Shown: positions 1 through 8,697, numbered from the stretch's first letter. The stretch: DNA of 37,639 bases from a virus (IMGVR_UViG_3300044759_000067:1-37639), one strand, 5' to 3'. The notes: generated by a model from the sequence alone, not told the origin. Program-made: numbers and translations.

Positions 1-142
1 CATTCGTCCAACAGGAGCGCGACGACGTCGTCAGGGCAGGACTCGTACTCGTCCCAGGACCAGCCTAGGAAGCGACAGATGGCGAGACCAGTGAGAGTTT
101 CGGCTCGCCACTCGGGTCGTTTTTTTCCTGCTCCATCGCCGC
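1..142. repeat. Terminal direct repeat, copy 1 (circular assembly overlap)
   Basis: Bases 1-142 match 37498-37639 except C127 vs A37624. Reading frames run continuously across the junction. Confidence 0.95.
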
Positions 143-481
143 GACGTGCGCGTCGAGCGCCCGCTCGATTTCGTCCAGCGTTTCCTGGTCGAGCGCTTCA
201 ATCGCCGCGCGCGAACATTTCACGGGCTTGTCGGCCTCGTCCCGAAACGACCAGTCCTTCAGGTACGTGAGCGTCCGCGACAACGACAGCAACCCGAAAT
301 CGACGCCGAAGCGCTGCTCGCCCTCCTTGCCGTCCTTGGCGCCCTGGCGGAAATCAGTGAACGCCGCCGCGGCCATGAGTTTCTTCTCGGCGCCCGACAG
401 GCGGCGGCGGACCTCAATCCAGTCGCCATCGCTCAACGGCAACCGAACGACGTCCGTTTTCTGAAACCGGTTCTTCGCCAT
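65..481 (-). CDS. Tail assembly chaperone (lambda gpG-like)
   Basis: 138 aa, located between the tail tube and (across the junction) the tape measure; ends in a slippery GAA AAA AAC. Confidence 0.8.
   Translation of the reverse strand: MAKNRFQKTDVVRLPLSDGDWIEVRRRLSGAEKKLMAAAAFTDFRQGAKDGKEGEQRFGVDFGLLSLSRTLTYLKDWSFRDEADKPVKCSRAAIEALDQETLDEIERALDAHVAAMEQEKNDPSGEPKLSLVSPSVAS
80..125 (-). other. Programmed -1 frameshift signal of the tail chaperone
   Basis: In-frame heptamer A AAA AAC at 125-119, followed 8 nt later by a TGGCGAG/CTCGCCA stem (110-104 with 86-80). Confidence 0.85.
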
Positions 482-763
482 TCACTTCTCCTTCACGTGC
501 GGGTCGCCGACGATCGTCAGCACCAACGGATCGCGCGACTGGCAGATGGTCTCGGACCAGATCCACCAGGCGCGCCCGAAATCGAGGGCCACCGTCCACG
601 GCCCCTGCGTGGACCAGAAGGGATCGGCGAAGGCGACGTCGGCCCGCACCGTCGACCGGTTCACGCCCAGGATCGGATCGCGCGCGAGCGACCACTGCCC
701 CAGGACCAGCGCCCGCGAGGTATGCACCCACACCTCGCCCCGGACGCCCCGCGCCGTGAACAC
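482..763 (-). CDS. Hypothetical protein in tail operon
   Basis: 93 aa, packed tightly between the tail tube and chaperone genes. Confidence 0.6.
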   Translation of the reverse strand: MFTARGVRGEVWVHTSRALVLGQWSLARDPILGVNRSTVRADVAFADPFWSTQGPWTVALDFGRAWWIWSETICQSRDPLVLTIVGDPHVKEK

Positions 764-764
764 C

Positions 765-1163
765 TCAGACGCGCCCGAGCTCGCCGTTGCCCGTGAACGA
801 GACGCCGGCCGTCGCCTTGCTCGACACCGACCCGGACAGCGCGTTGTCCAGCTTCACGTAGCAGAGCCCGTAGTAGTAGCTGCCCGGCACGGTGCGCTGC
901 GGATACACGTAGAGCCGCTGCGGCGTCTCGGACGTGCCGGCGCGCCACAGCGTGTCGGACGTCGTATCGAAGTTGCCCGAGAGCGTGCCGGTCCACTTGT
1001 TCTGGCCGCGCACGCCGGAGCCCCAGCTCGACCCCAGGGACGTCGTGTCCTGGATGTCGGCGTCGAGCTCGATGGAGTAATCGGTCTGTTCGGCCACCGG
1101 GACCGCGACGCCCGTCCCCGGGCTGAGGTAGATGATCGCGCCGGCGCCATGAATCGCTGCCAT
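765..1163 (-). CDS. Major tail tube protein
   Basis: 132 aa, beta-rich, with the DTTSLG...GQNKWTGTLSGNFD...FTGNGEL pattern; strong AAGGAG RBS; upstream of the chaperone. Confidence 0.8.
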   Translation of the reverse strand: MAAIHGAGAIIYLSPGTGVAVPVAEQTDYSIELDADIQDTTSLGSSWGSGVRGQNKWTGTLSGNFDTTSDTLWRAGTSETPQRLYVYPQRTVPGSYYYGLCYVKLDNALSGSVSSKATAGVSFTGNGELGRV

Positions 1164-1175
1164 GTGGGAACTCCT

Positions 1176-2168
1176 TTACGATGCGGCCACGGCCGCGGGT
1201 TTCTGCATCGCGGCCAGCAACGCCGCCGCCCTCGCCTCGAACGTCTCGCCCTGGACCCGCCGGTGCGCCTCGGCTGCGCAGACCTCGCGGAAGTCGGCAT
1301 CCGCCAGCGCTTCCCGCAGCACGTGCGCGAGCTGCGCGGCGCTCGTGAACATCGGTTGCGACCAACCGAAGAGGGCCTCGCCCTCGGCCCGCCGGTCGGT
1401 CACCGTGAACGCGCCGCACGCCGCGAGCTCATACGCGCGCGGATTCAAGCTTTCCGCGTCTGGATGCGCGCGGTGCAGGTTCAGACAGATGCGCGCGCTC
1501 GCATAGATCCCCGGCGCGTCGGCGTTGTCCAGACAGCCGGCCTCGTAATGCCGCCAGAGCGGCGAGGCCTCGGTCAGCACCGGCCACAGGCCCAGCAGGC
1601 GCAGGTCGATGCCGTGCCAGTCGACGGCCTCGAGCAGCGCGATGCGTTCGGCCCAGCCGGTGCCGAGCAGCAACACATCGCACGGCGGCCGCGTCGGCGC
1701 CACGGGCCGATGAATCGCCGGGTCGTACGCGTGCGGCAGATACAGCCACCCATAGCGGGCGGCGCTCACGCGCTCGTGCGTGCAGATCGTGGCCTCGGGA
1801 TACGCCGCGGCCCAGTCGGCCTGTTCGACATCGTCGTACGGCGACTCGGTCAAGATGACCGCCGTCGGGATACCCGCCTGGCGCAACAGCACGAGGCCGA
1901 GCGGATGGAACACAAGCGCCGAGACGATGACGACGAGATCCGCGCGATGCTTCATCGCTTCCACGACGACCATCTCGGTCGCCTGCTGCGAGACGGCATC
2001 CGTCTGCCCGCGCCAGGCCTCGCCCATCGCGCGCATGTGGTAGATCATGCGTTTCGACAAGTCGAACAGGCGGACGTCATGCCCGGCCGCCGCGAACGCG
2101 CCGTGAAAGCCCCGGGCCACGTCCGAGACGCTGAACTCCGCCGCCGGCTTGACCAGGACAATCCGCAT
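1176..2168 (-). CDS. Glycosyltransferase, GT-B fold (CgeB / Glyco_trans_1_2-like)
   Basis: 330 aa; TESPY, LPHAYDP..H.P and YASARICLNLHR...LNPRAYELAACGAF motifs typical of CgeB-like GTs. Confidence 0.85.
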   Translation of the reverse strand: MRIVLVKPAAEFSVSDVARGFHGAFAAAGHDVRLFDLSKRMIYHMRAMGEAWRGQTDAVSQQATEMVVVEAMKHRADLVVIVSALVFHPLGLVLLRQAGIPTAVILTESPYDDVEQADWAAAYPEATICTHERVSAARYGWLYLPHAYDPAIHRPVAPTRPPCDVLLLGTGWAERIALLEAVDWHGIDLRLLGLWPVLTEASPLWRHYEAGCLDNADAPGIYASARICLNLHRAHPDAESLNPRAYELAACGAFTVTDRRAEGEALFGWSQPMFTSAAQLAHVLREALADADFREVCAAEAHRRVQGETFEARAAALLAAMQKPAAVAAS

Positions 2169-2657
2169 TTACGTTCGCGCCCACGCGTAGACGTCGCACG
2201 CCTCCACGTTTTGCTCGATGTAGGACACCGCCGCCGGCCGCAACCACGCGCGCAACACGTCCGGGTCGACGTTCGCGTAATACTCGTCCGCGCCCACCGG
2301 CCCGCCGTCCATCGCACTATGCGGCGCGCGCCCCGGGCCCGCGGCCGTCAGAATCACGAGCCCGCCCGGCCGGACGATGCGCAGTGCGTTGGTGACGATG
2401 GCCTCGGCCGCCGGCGTATGCTCGAGCACTTCGCAGCAGACGACCCGATCGGGCGCGACGCCGGGCTCGTAGGTCGCGCCGTCGGCCACCAGGTCCACGC
2501 CCGGCCCGGCGGCAATATCGGTGGTCAGATACCGCGCGTTGCCGAACAGCCCGCGCACGCTGCCATTGATGTCCCGCGCGCCGAACTCCACCACGAACTC
2601 GCCGGGCCCGAACTGCGTCACGGTGCGCTCCACGAACGCGTAGGCGGCCGGATGCAC
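2169..2657 (-). CDS. Class I SAM-dependent methyltransferase
   Basis: 162 aa; VVEFGARDINGS, GPGVDLVAD, CCEVLEH and RPGGLVILT motifs. Confidence 0.85.
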   Translation of the reverse strand: MHPAAYAFVERTVTQFGPGEFVVEFGARDINGSVRGLFGNARYLTTDIAAGPGVDLVADGATYEPGVAPDRVVCCEVLEHTPAAEAIVTNALRIVRPGGLVILTAAGPGRAPHSAMDGGPVGADEYYANVDPDVLRAWLRPAAVSYIEQNVEACDVYAWART

Positions 2658-2658
2658 G

Positions 2659-2982
2659 TCACTGGCCCGCGCCTTCGACCGCGCGCCGCAGATCCCGCTC
2701 GAGCCCTTGCCCCAGTAGCTGCGCCGCCTCGGTCATGATCTGCGTGATGTAGGTGCCTTCGCCGCCCTCGTGCGGATACGGCCACGCGACCCGCGTCTCG
2801 AGGACGTCCGCCCGGCCGATGTCCAGCGGCAGCCGCGAGCTGCTCACCTTCTCGCGCGATCGGATTTCGGTTTCGGTGCGCGCTTCGAGGGCGTCGCCGC
2901 AGACTTCCGGCGTCTCGGCCGCCATCCGCCGCATCCGCCCGACGAGTGCCGACGCGCCCTTGATGGTGACGTCCAGACTCAT
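2659..2982 (-). CDS. Putative neck/tail-completion protein (HK97 gp10-like position)
   Basis: 107 aa; N-terminal 'VTIKGASALVGRM' pattern and synteny. Confidence 0.5.
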   Translation of the reverse strand: MSLDVTIKGASALVGRMRRMAAETPEVCGDALEARTETEIRSREKVSSSRLPLDIGRADVLETRVAWPYPHEGGEGTYITQIMTEAAQLLGQGLERDLRRAVEGAGQ

Positions 2983-3482
2983 GGCCGCAACTCCCCGCGC
3001 ACGAACCGCGCATAGACGGCCGCCTGCTGCATCAGCAGATCCGACGTTTCGGTGAGGTAGAAAAAAATCGACCGCACCAGTTCCTTCACCTGCACGCCTT
3101 GCATGACGACCTGTTGCAACGGCGTCGTGCGCGCATCCGGCTGGAACCGATCGACGAGGTAGCCCTCGACGACGAGCGGCGCCGCCTCGAGCAGCGCGAT
3201 GCAGAGCGCCATCACGGCGTGATTGGCCGCCCAGGTGATCGTCTGGTCCGATCGGCTGAACACATGCAGCCGGAGGTCAATCTCGCAGGTCCGGCCCTCG
3301 CCCGGCGCCGTGCCCAGGCCGCCGATGTTCGGGCCCTCGCGCACTTCGAGGAGCACGAACGGGAAGTCGATGCCCTGCTGCGGATCGTCGGTGACGCCGC
3401 CGGGCGCCAGTGCGAGCAGCGAGGGCACATTGAGCCGCGTCAGCAGCGCGTCCGTGAGCGGAGACAGCGACAGGTACGGCAT
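2979..3482 (-). CDS. Tail terminator / tail completion protein (DUF3168-like)
   Basis: 167 aa; 'GGVTDDPQQGIDFPFVLL' and 'LRLHVFS'; follows head closure gene. Confidence 0.6.
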   Translation of the reverse strand: MPYLSLSPLTDALLTRLNVPSLLALAPGGVTDDPQQGIDFPFVLLEVREGPNIGGLGTAPGEGRTCEIDLRLHVFSRSDQTITWAANHAVMALCIALLEAAPLVVEGYLVDRFQPDARTTPLQQVVMQGVQVKELVRSIFFYLTETSDLLMQQAAVYARFVRGELRP

Positions 3483-3483
3483 G

Positions 3484-3828
3484 TCAGCTCACTTGCTCCT
3501 GCACCGTGAGTTCCAGCTGCCGGTTCTGTTCGAGCACATTCACCACGCTGTCGACCTCGAAGATCCGCGCGCCGCATTTCAGCCGATCGGATTCGACGAT
3601 CGCCGCCGTCATCGGGTCCCACGCCAGCGTGATGCGCCCCGGCTTGCCGGCCACGAGCTGCGACGCCTCGATCTGTTCCTGCCCGACGAGCATCTCGATC
3701 TGGGCCCACCGCGTGGCCCGCGTCGTCCACGTGACCGCGCCGCCGGGCCCCGTGGTCCGCGTCTGGATCTCGACGCGCCGGTGACGGTTGCCGGCACTGA
3801 TCCACCGCGACGGGGTCGTCGACGCCAT
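3484..3828 (-). CDS. Head closure / head-tail adaptor (SPP1 gp16-like)
   Basis: 114 aa; AGNRHRRVEIQ, WAQIE, RIFEVDSVVN motifs. Confidence 0.85.
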   Translation of the reverse strand: MASTTPSRWISAGNRHRRVEIQTRTTGPGGAVTWTTRATRWAQIEMLVGQEQIEASQLVAGKPGRITLAWDPMTAAIVESDRLKCGARIFEVDSVVNVLEQNRQLELTVQEQVS

Positions 3829-3834
3829 CTCGGG

Positions 3835-4176
3835 TTACGCCAGCGCCGGGTCGCGATACCGGCGCAACAGGTTCACGACATACAGGGACAACTGGCCCGG
3901 CAGGTGCGTCACCTGCGTGATGCCCGCGTACTGGTCGTCGTCGCCCCGGAACCGCCACAACTCGGCCACCTGCACCAGCAGCGCGGCCTGCACGACCGGC
4001 GGGACGGTCGTCTCGTCGGTCCACGCCGCGTCGCCGCCCTCGAGGTAATCCAGGATGAGGGCCTCGGCCTGGCCCATTTTCAAGGTCAGGTCCTCGTCCT
4101 CCTCGCTCAACGGATCGGTGGTCTCGGTCTCGATCCGCAGGTGCCGTTTCGTCTGCGCGAGGGTCACGAGCGCCAT
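3835..4176 (-). CDS. Head-tail connector (HK97 gp6-like)
   Basis: 113 aa; LVTLAQTKRHLRI, VQAALLVQVAELWRFR, LLRRYRDPALA. Confidence 0.88.
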   Translation of the reverse strand: MALVTLAQTKRHLRIETETTDPLSEEDEDLTLKMGQAEALILDYLEGGDAAWTDETTVPPVVQAALLVQVAELWRFRGDDDQYAGITQVTHLPGQLSLYVVNLLRRYRDPALA

Positions 4177-4781
4177 CAGCGGTACACCCGTCCATCCGGT
4201 CCAGGGTCACCCTTCAACCCCTTCTCGCCGGTCTCGCCTCGCGGCCCTGGCTTGCCTTCGCTGCCGCGCTTCACCGCCAGGCGCCAGCCCGTGTCGCCGT
4301 CGCCGGGCTTCTCACTGGTCGCCCGCTGCGCAATCCAGAACGAGCCGGCCCAGGAGGCGCCGTCGCCGGGCTCGTAGGCCTGGCCGGCCTGGTAGACGCC
4401 GCGGTCGAGGACCACGGGCATCCGGCAGACCAGCAGCGGATCGGGACTGCCCTCGCGGCGGAACGTGACGGTGCGTTCCCCGTCGTACTCGGGCCGCAGT
4501 TGCTCGAGCGTGCCGTCGCGCCCAGGCGCGCCATCGACGCCATCCCGGCCAGGCGTCCCGTCGACGCCGTCGCGGCCCTCGCGGCCCTGGGCCCCGTCGA
4601 GGCCCTTCTCGCCGGGCATGCCGGCCGGCCCTGGGGCGCCTGGTAGGCCGTCGCGGCCGTCCCGCGGTCCCTGCGCGACCTGCGCTTCGAGCACGGCCAG
4701 TCGCGCGAGCATCGGAGCCAACGCGAGCTTGATCGTCGCCGTCACGGCGTCCGCTAACGCTACCGGGTCCACGTTTCCCAT
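4176..4781 (-). CDS. Collagen-like (Gly-X-Y) virion protein
   Basis: Start re-assigned to ATG 4781; two Gly-X-Y tracts flank a 'DRGVYQAGQAYEPGDGASWAGSFWIA...WRLAVKRG' domain; follows portal. Confidence 0.8.
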   Translation of the reverse strand: MGNVDPVALADAVTATIKLALAPMLARLAVLEAQVAQGPRDGRDGLPGAPGPAGMPGEKGLDGAQGREGRDGVDGTPGRDGVDGAPGRDGTLEQLRPEYDGERTVTFRREGSPDPLLVCRMPVVLDRGVYQAGQAYEPGDGASWAGSFWIAQRATSEKPGDGDTGWRLAVKRGSEGKPGPRGETGEKGLKGDPGPDGRVYR

Positions 4782-4788
4782 GTCGGTC

Positions 4789-6177
4789 TTACCCGAGCCA
4801 CGGCGCCTGTACAGATCGCATGAACGTGGGCCAGGAAAACGCTTTGTCCTCGTCCTCGTCCTCATCCTCATCCTCGTCCACGGGCGCCGGTTGCGCGACG
4901 ACCGCCGGGGACGCGGGCGGCAGTTGGGCGGAATCACGTTTATCCAGCGCCGACAGCGAGTAGTTCTGGACCTGCAGGTACGGCGTCTCACCGCCGTCGA
5001 CCGGCGGGAGGTTCACGCGGCGCCGCGCTTCGTTCGGCGCATAGATAGCGGCGCCGACGCCGGCCGCGAGCGTCGTGATGAGCGTCGCGCTGTCCATGCG
5101 CAGCAGGTCGTCGAGGTCGAACTCGGTGCCCAGCGTGCGGCCCTCGATCTTCCCCTCCGCCAGGCCGAGCCCTTCATCGAGCAGCAGCTCGATGGACTCG
5201 ATGGGCTCCTGCAGGCACTGCGAGTAGTACGCCTGGGTGAGACTTTGGATGTTGTTGTACGCGGGCGGCTCGGCCGCGCCGACCAGGTAGGCCGGCACGT
5301 GATAGGCGGCCGCGACGGCCTTCGCCGTGTCCTGCCATTGTTCGGTGCTCTGCGTGTTCTGCGAGTTGAACTCGACCGGCTCGTACTTCAGGCCATCGCC
5401 GAGCACCGCGACCTTGCCGTAGTTGCTGCCGCCGTAGTTGGTCTCCCACGTCGTCTTTAGGGTCTCGGCCTGCGCCTGGCTGATGGCGCCGGGCGCAATC
5501 AAGATGCCGGACGGCACGCCGCCATTCGCAAAGTAGTTCGCCGAGTTGGTTTGAATCTTGAGCCCGAGTGTCGCGGCCAGGCCGCAGGCGTGAATCGGCG
5601 AGACGCCGCAGAGCGGGTGATACAGCGCGTGCATCACGTCGTGGATGATCTCGCTCGCCGGCACCGTCACCTCGGGCTGCGGCTGACTGGAGAGATGGTC
5701 TTCCTTGAGCGAGTAGTAGACGCCGCCATCGGGGGCGACGAGCGGCGTCACACGGTTCGGATCGAGCACGTAGAGCGCGGTGACGACGCGCCGCGCATCG
5801 CGCTGCTTCAGGATGTAGGCGTTGCCGTACGCGAGTTTCGAGGTCAGCCACGACTTGAAGAACTGGATGCGCGTCTGATACCGGTTCGGCTTCCGCAGCA
5901 CCGGCGAGAAGGCCGGCGACTCGGTCTCGCTCCAGATGCCATCGCCGGTGAGGGCCACGAGCCGCGGGCGCATTTTCGCGATGTCGCTGGCAATGAGCGA
6001 CACGCACGCGAACACCGTCGGGTGCGTCAGGACATCGACGAGCCGGACCTCAACATCCCGCTGCCACGCCCCGGTGAAGGGCTCGCGGATGATGGAGTAC
6101 CAGCCGCCCCTCGTGCTCACAGGCTGTAGCGTGCCTGCGGCTTTCGTCCTAGTAATGCTCAACCCTAGGAACTCCAC
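4789..6177 (-). CDS. Portal protein (HK97 family)
   Basis: 462 aa; VFACVSLIASDIAK, KPNRYQT, GNAY, YFANGGVPSG and NEARRRVNLPP motifs; acidic (DE)n C-terminal tail. Confidence 0.93.
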   Translation of the reverse strand: MEFLGLSITRTKAAGTLQPVSTRGGWYSIIREPFTGAWQRDVEVRLVDVLTHPTVFACVSLIASDIAKMRPRLVALTGDGIWSETESPAFSPVLRKPNRYQTRIQFFKSWLTSKLAYGNAYILKQRDARRVVTALYVLDPNRVTPLVAPDGGVYYSLKEDHLSSQPQPEVTVPASEIIHDVMHALYHPLCGVSPIHACGLAATLGLKIQTNSANYFANGGVPSGILIAPGAISQAQAETLKTTWETNYGGSNYGKVAVLGDGLKYEPVEFNSQNTQSTEQWQDTAKAVAAAYHVPAYLVGAAEPPAYNNIQSLTQAYYSQCLQEPIESIELLLDEGLGLAEGKIEGRTLGTEFDLDDLLRMDSATLITTLAAGVGAAIYAPNEARRRVNLPPVDGGETPYLQVQNYSLSALDKRDSAQLPPASPAVVAQPAPVDEDEDEDEDEDKAFSWPTFMRSVQAPWLG

Positions 6178-6209
6178 GCAGACGCCTCGCGATATGATGT
6201 CGATGACGA

Positions 6210-6836
6210 ATGACGAACGAAGAACGCAAGGAACGAAAACGAGCCAAGGACCGAGCCCGGCACGCGGCGAATAAAGAGAAACTCAACGCGAAGAACCGCG
6301 CCTATCATGCGGCCAAGCGCGAGGAGATTCTCGCAAGATCCAGAGCCCGATACGCCGAGAAGAAAGCGCACGACCTTGATCGGAACAGACTTCGGAGACG
6401 TGCCAATCCTGAAGTCGGTCGCGCTTACGGCATCGCGTACCGAGCCGCCAACCCTGAGAAGTGCAAGCAAAGCGCGCGAGCTTCCCGCCTGAAGCATTGG
6501 GATAAATTCCAGCAGTGGGTTGAGCAGAACCGCGAGAAATTGGTCAGACAAGCGGCAGCACGCGCTCGTGCGAATCCTGCCAGTAAACGTCGGGCCAATG
6601 CGAAGCGTCGAGCCCTGAAGACCAGAGCGATGCCGTGCTGGGTCGACCACGACGCGATCGACGCTCTTTACCGGCTGGCCGATGCCCTGACGCGAGACAC
6701 AGGAATCAAGCATGAAGTGGATCACATCGTGCCGCTCAGCAACCCTCTCGTGTGTGGCCTTCATGTCGCCTGCAATCTTCGAGTCGTGACACAGCGCGAA
6801 AACCGAAGCAAAAACAACAAGCTCATCGCTGCCTAG
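6210..6836 (+). CDS. Free-standing HNH endonuclease (antisense to the late operon)
   Basis: 208 aa; HEVDHIVPL...VCGLHVACNLRVVTQRENRSKNN; lower GC than neighbours. Confidence 0.88.
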   Translation: MTNEERKERKRAKDRARHAANKEKLNAKNRAYHAAKREEILARSRARYAEKKAHDLDRNRLRRRANPEVGRAYGIAYRAANPEKCKQSARASRLKHWDKFQQWVEQNREKLVRQAAARARANPASKRRANAKRRALKTRAMPCWVDHDAIDALYRLADALTRDTGIKHEVDHIVPLSNPLVCGLHVACNLRVVTQRENRSKNNKLIAA

Positions 6837-6853
6837 GTCTCGCCATCTCGCGC

Positions 6854-7159
6854 TTACTTCCTGGCCTTCCTGGCCGGCGTCCTGGCCTTCGTGACTTTCG
6901 TGGCTTTCGTGACCTTCGTGGGCTTCGTGGCCGTCCTGGCCTTCGTGGGCACGCGCGGGGTGGCGGTGGTCCTCGGCGGCACGGGGGCCGACGCCTTGAC
7001 GGGGGCCGGCGGCGGGGTCGCCGTGCGGTGCACGAACCGGATGGCGACGAGGTTGTCGGCCGCGTCGGGGGACACCTCGTAGGTGTCGCCCTCGTGATAC
7101 TCCTGGCCGGCGTGCGTGTGGTACTTCAGCGCCGTCACCGTCACCGTGTCCTTCGCCAT
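6854..7159 (-). CDS. Small basic head-associated protein with histone H1-like Thr/Lys/Ala/Pro tail
   Basis: 101 aa; GGGAGG RBS; C-terminal TKPTKVTKATKVTKARTPARKARK encoded by 9-bp tandem repeats (about 6888-6932). Confidence 0.7.
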   Translation of the reverse strand: MAKDTVTVTALKYHTHAGQEYHEGDTYEVSPDAADNLVAIRFVHRTATPPPAPVKASAPVPPRTTATPRVPTKARTATKPTKVTKATKVTKARTPARKARK

Positions 7160-7177
7160 GCGCGGGGCCTCCCGGCG

Positions 7178-7756
7178 TTACGGCAGCACGCCGTAGATCA
7201 GCTGAATCCCGTGCGGGTCCGGCGCGTCGCCCTGATACCGCGTCAGGGTCAGATCGTGCGCCCGCTCGAACTCGTCCCACGCCTGCTGCACGCCCGGATA
7301 CATCGCGTTGCCGTAGTCATCGCCGAGCAGGAGCCCGCCCGGTTTGACGAACGGCGCCCAGAGCGCCAGGTCCGCGCGCACGCCCTCGTAGGAATGGTCC
7401 GCATCGATGTAGAGGTAATCCAGCGGGCGGTCCCACCACGGCGCGGCGTCAGTGGTGGTGCTGGCAATCAAACGCACGTTCGCGTTGACGCCGGCCTGAA
7501 TCAGATGACGCGCACACGCGAGCATCATCCAGGGCGACGGATTGGCGGCCGTGGCCTCGGCGGCCCAGTGATCGACACAGGTCAGCGTGCCACCCCAGCG
7601 ACGAATCGCCAGGGCGACCGGAATCGCCGACGCGCCCTGGAACGATCCCAGTTCCACGCAGACCACGGGCCGCACCTGCTCGACGAGCGCCAGGATTTTA
7701 TCGCCGTGATTGAACCAGCCCGGCGCGGCGGCGCGCGTGGGGTCAACCGCGAACAC
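7178..7756 (-). CDS. Class I SAM-dependent methyltransferase (Methyltransf_24-like)
   Basis: 192 aa; VELGSFQGAS, CVDHW, YIDADHSYEGV, KPGGLLLGDDY. Confidence 0.88.
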   Translation of the reverse strand: MFAVDPTRAAAPGWFNHGDKILALVEQVRPVVCVELGSFQGASAIPVALAIRRWGGTLTCVDHWAAEATAANPSPWMMLACARHLIQAGVNANVRLIASTTTDAAPWWDRPLDYLYIDADHSYEGVRADLALWAPFVKPGGLLLGDDYGNAMYPGVQQAWDEFERAHDLTLTRYQGDAPDPHGIQLIYGVLP

Positions 7757-7934
7757 GCCCCACCTCGGTATACCCGCGCGCCTTCAGCTCCTGAATCAGC
7801 GCGGCCTGCGCCACGGCGAACAGCAGCGCCGTGCCACTGAACCCCGCCTCCGGCGGCGGCAGGAGCTCCACGATCTGCTCCGCGTCAGGCGCAGACGGCG
7901 TCGACGGCGACGGCTCGATACGTGGTTTGGCCAA
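7743..7934 (-). CDS. Hypothetical small protein
   Basis: 63 aa; AAGGAG-like RBS inside the upstream GT gene; overlaps both neighbours. Confidence 0.5.
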   Translation of the reverse strand: MAKPRIEPSPSTPSAPDAEQIVELLPPPEAGFSGTALLFAVAQAALIQELKARGYTEVGRVRG

Positions 7935-8499
7935 TGTGCCCGATCTCCTTGGACAGGTCGTGGTCGATCCAGATGGTGTAGCCGGCGGCGCCGAGGCCGC
8001 GACAGAACATCACGTCTTCGCCGACGTCGCCGCCGAGCTCGTTGAGCCCGTGCCGAAACCACGGCCGGCCCAGGCCCTGCACGACGTCGGTGCGCATGAG
8101 CATCGCGCCCATGCCGACATAGTCGACGGCCTCCAACCCCGTCGAGGCCGCCGTCGTGGCAATGCGCTCACCATCCCGCGCCGCGGTAAACAGCCCGGAC
8201 GGTTGCCGCACCACGTAATTGCACGCGACGATCGGCTGCTCGTGCCAGGCCAGCCGAATCGCGGTCTCGGGCGGGACGCTCATGTCGGTGTCCAGCCAGA
8301 GCACATGCGTCGCGCCTTGCTTGATCGACGCCTCGAGGAACCACTCGCGGCCGACGTGGATGTAGGTCGAGGCCACGAACCCGAGCGTCACCGTCGCCCA
8401 GGGCCCGCGCTCGCGCGTCTTCGCATAGAGCTGCGCGACATCCACCGCGAAGGCGGCCGGCACGGTGTCCCGGGTCGGCCCGCCAATCGCCAGCCTCAC
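7885..8499 (-). CDS. Glycosyltransferase, GT-A fold (GT2-like)
   Basis: 204 aa; THVLWLDTDM (DxD), GMGAMLMR, GEDVMFC, IGHIG. Confidence 0.85.
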   Translation of the reverse strand: MRLAIGGPTRDTVPAAFAVDVAQLYAKTRERGPWATVTLGFVASTYIHVGREWFLEASIKQGATHVLWLDTDMSVPPETAIRLAWHEQPIVACNYVVRQPSGLFTAARDGERIATTAASTGLEAVDYVGMGAMLMRTDVVQGLGRPWFRHGLNELGGDVGEDVMFCRGLGAAGYTIWIDHDLSKEIGHIGQTTYRAVAVDAVCA

Positions 8500-8508
8500 G
8501 ATCCGCCT

Positions 8509-8697
8509 TCAGGCATCGGCCGTCACCGTCACCAGCGTGAGGGTCCGCGTGGCGCCGACCGCGGTCGGATACCGCAGCGTGGCGGCCTCGACCTCGGCCA
8601 GGGCCGTCGCCTCGTCCACCGCGTCGACACAGACGGGCTCGTACGCCACCGACGCGTCGCGATGGGTGTACGCCGCCTGGAACAGATACCGCGGCAT
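8509..8697 (-). CDS. Hypothetical protein
   Basis: 62 aa; start overlaps the stop of the upstream HNH gene. Confidence 0.55.
   Translation of the reverse strand: MPRYLFQAAYTHRDASVAYEPVCVDAVDEATALAEVEAATLRYPTAVGATRTLTLVTVTADA

Noticed and set aside
1-142. Biological terminal repeat of the virion DNA
   Set aside because: It falls inside the tail chaperone gene, far from the terS/cos region; best explained as assembler overlap of a circular contig.
546-2738. 730-aa plus-strand ORF and similar long plus-strand ORFs (e.g. 11734-13251, 31397-33982)
   Set aside because: Arg/Pro-rich shadow frames opposite well-supported minus-strand genes in GC-rich DNA; no motifs.
6178-6853. Group I intron or intein carrying the HNH genes
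   Set aside because: Both HNH genes are intergenic; flanking portal and capsid reading frames look complete and uninterrupted.
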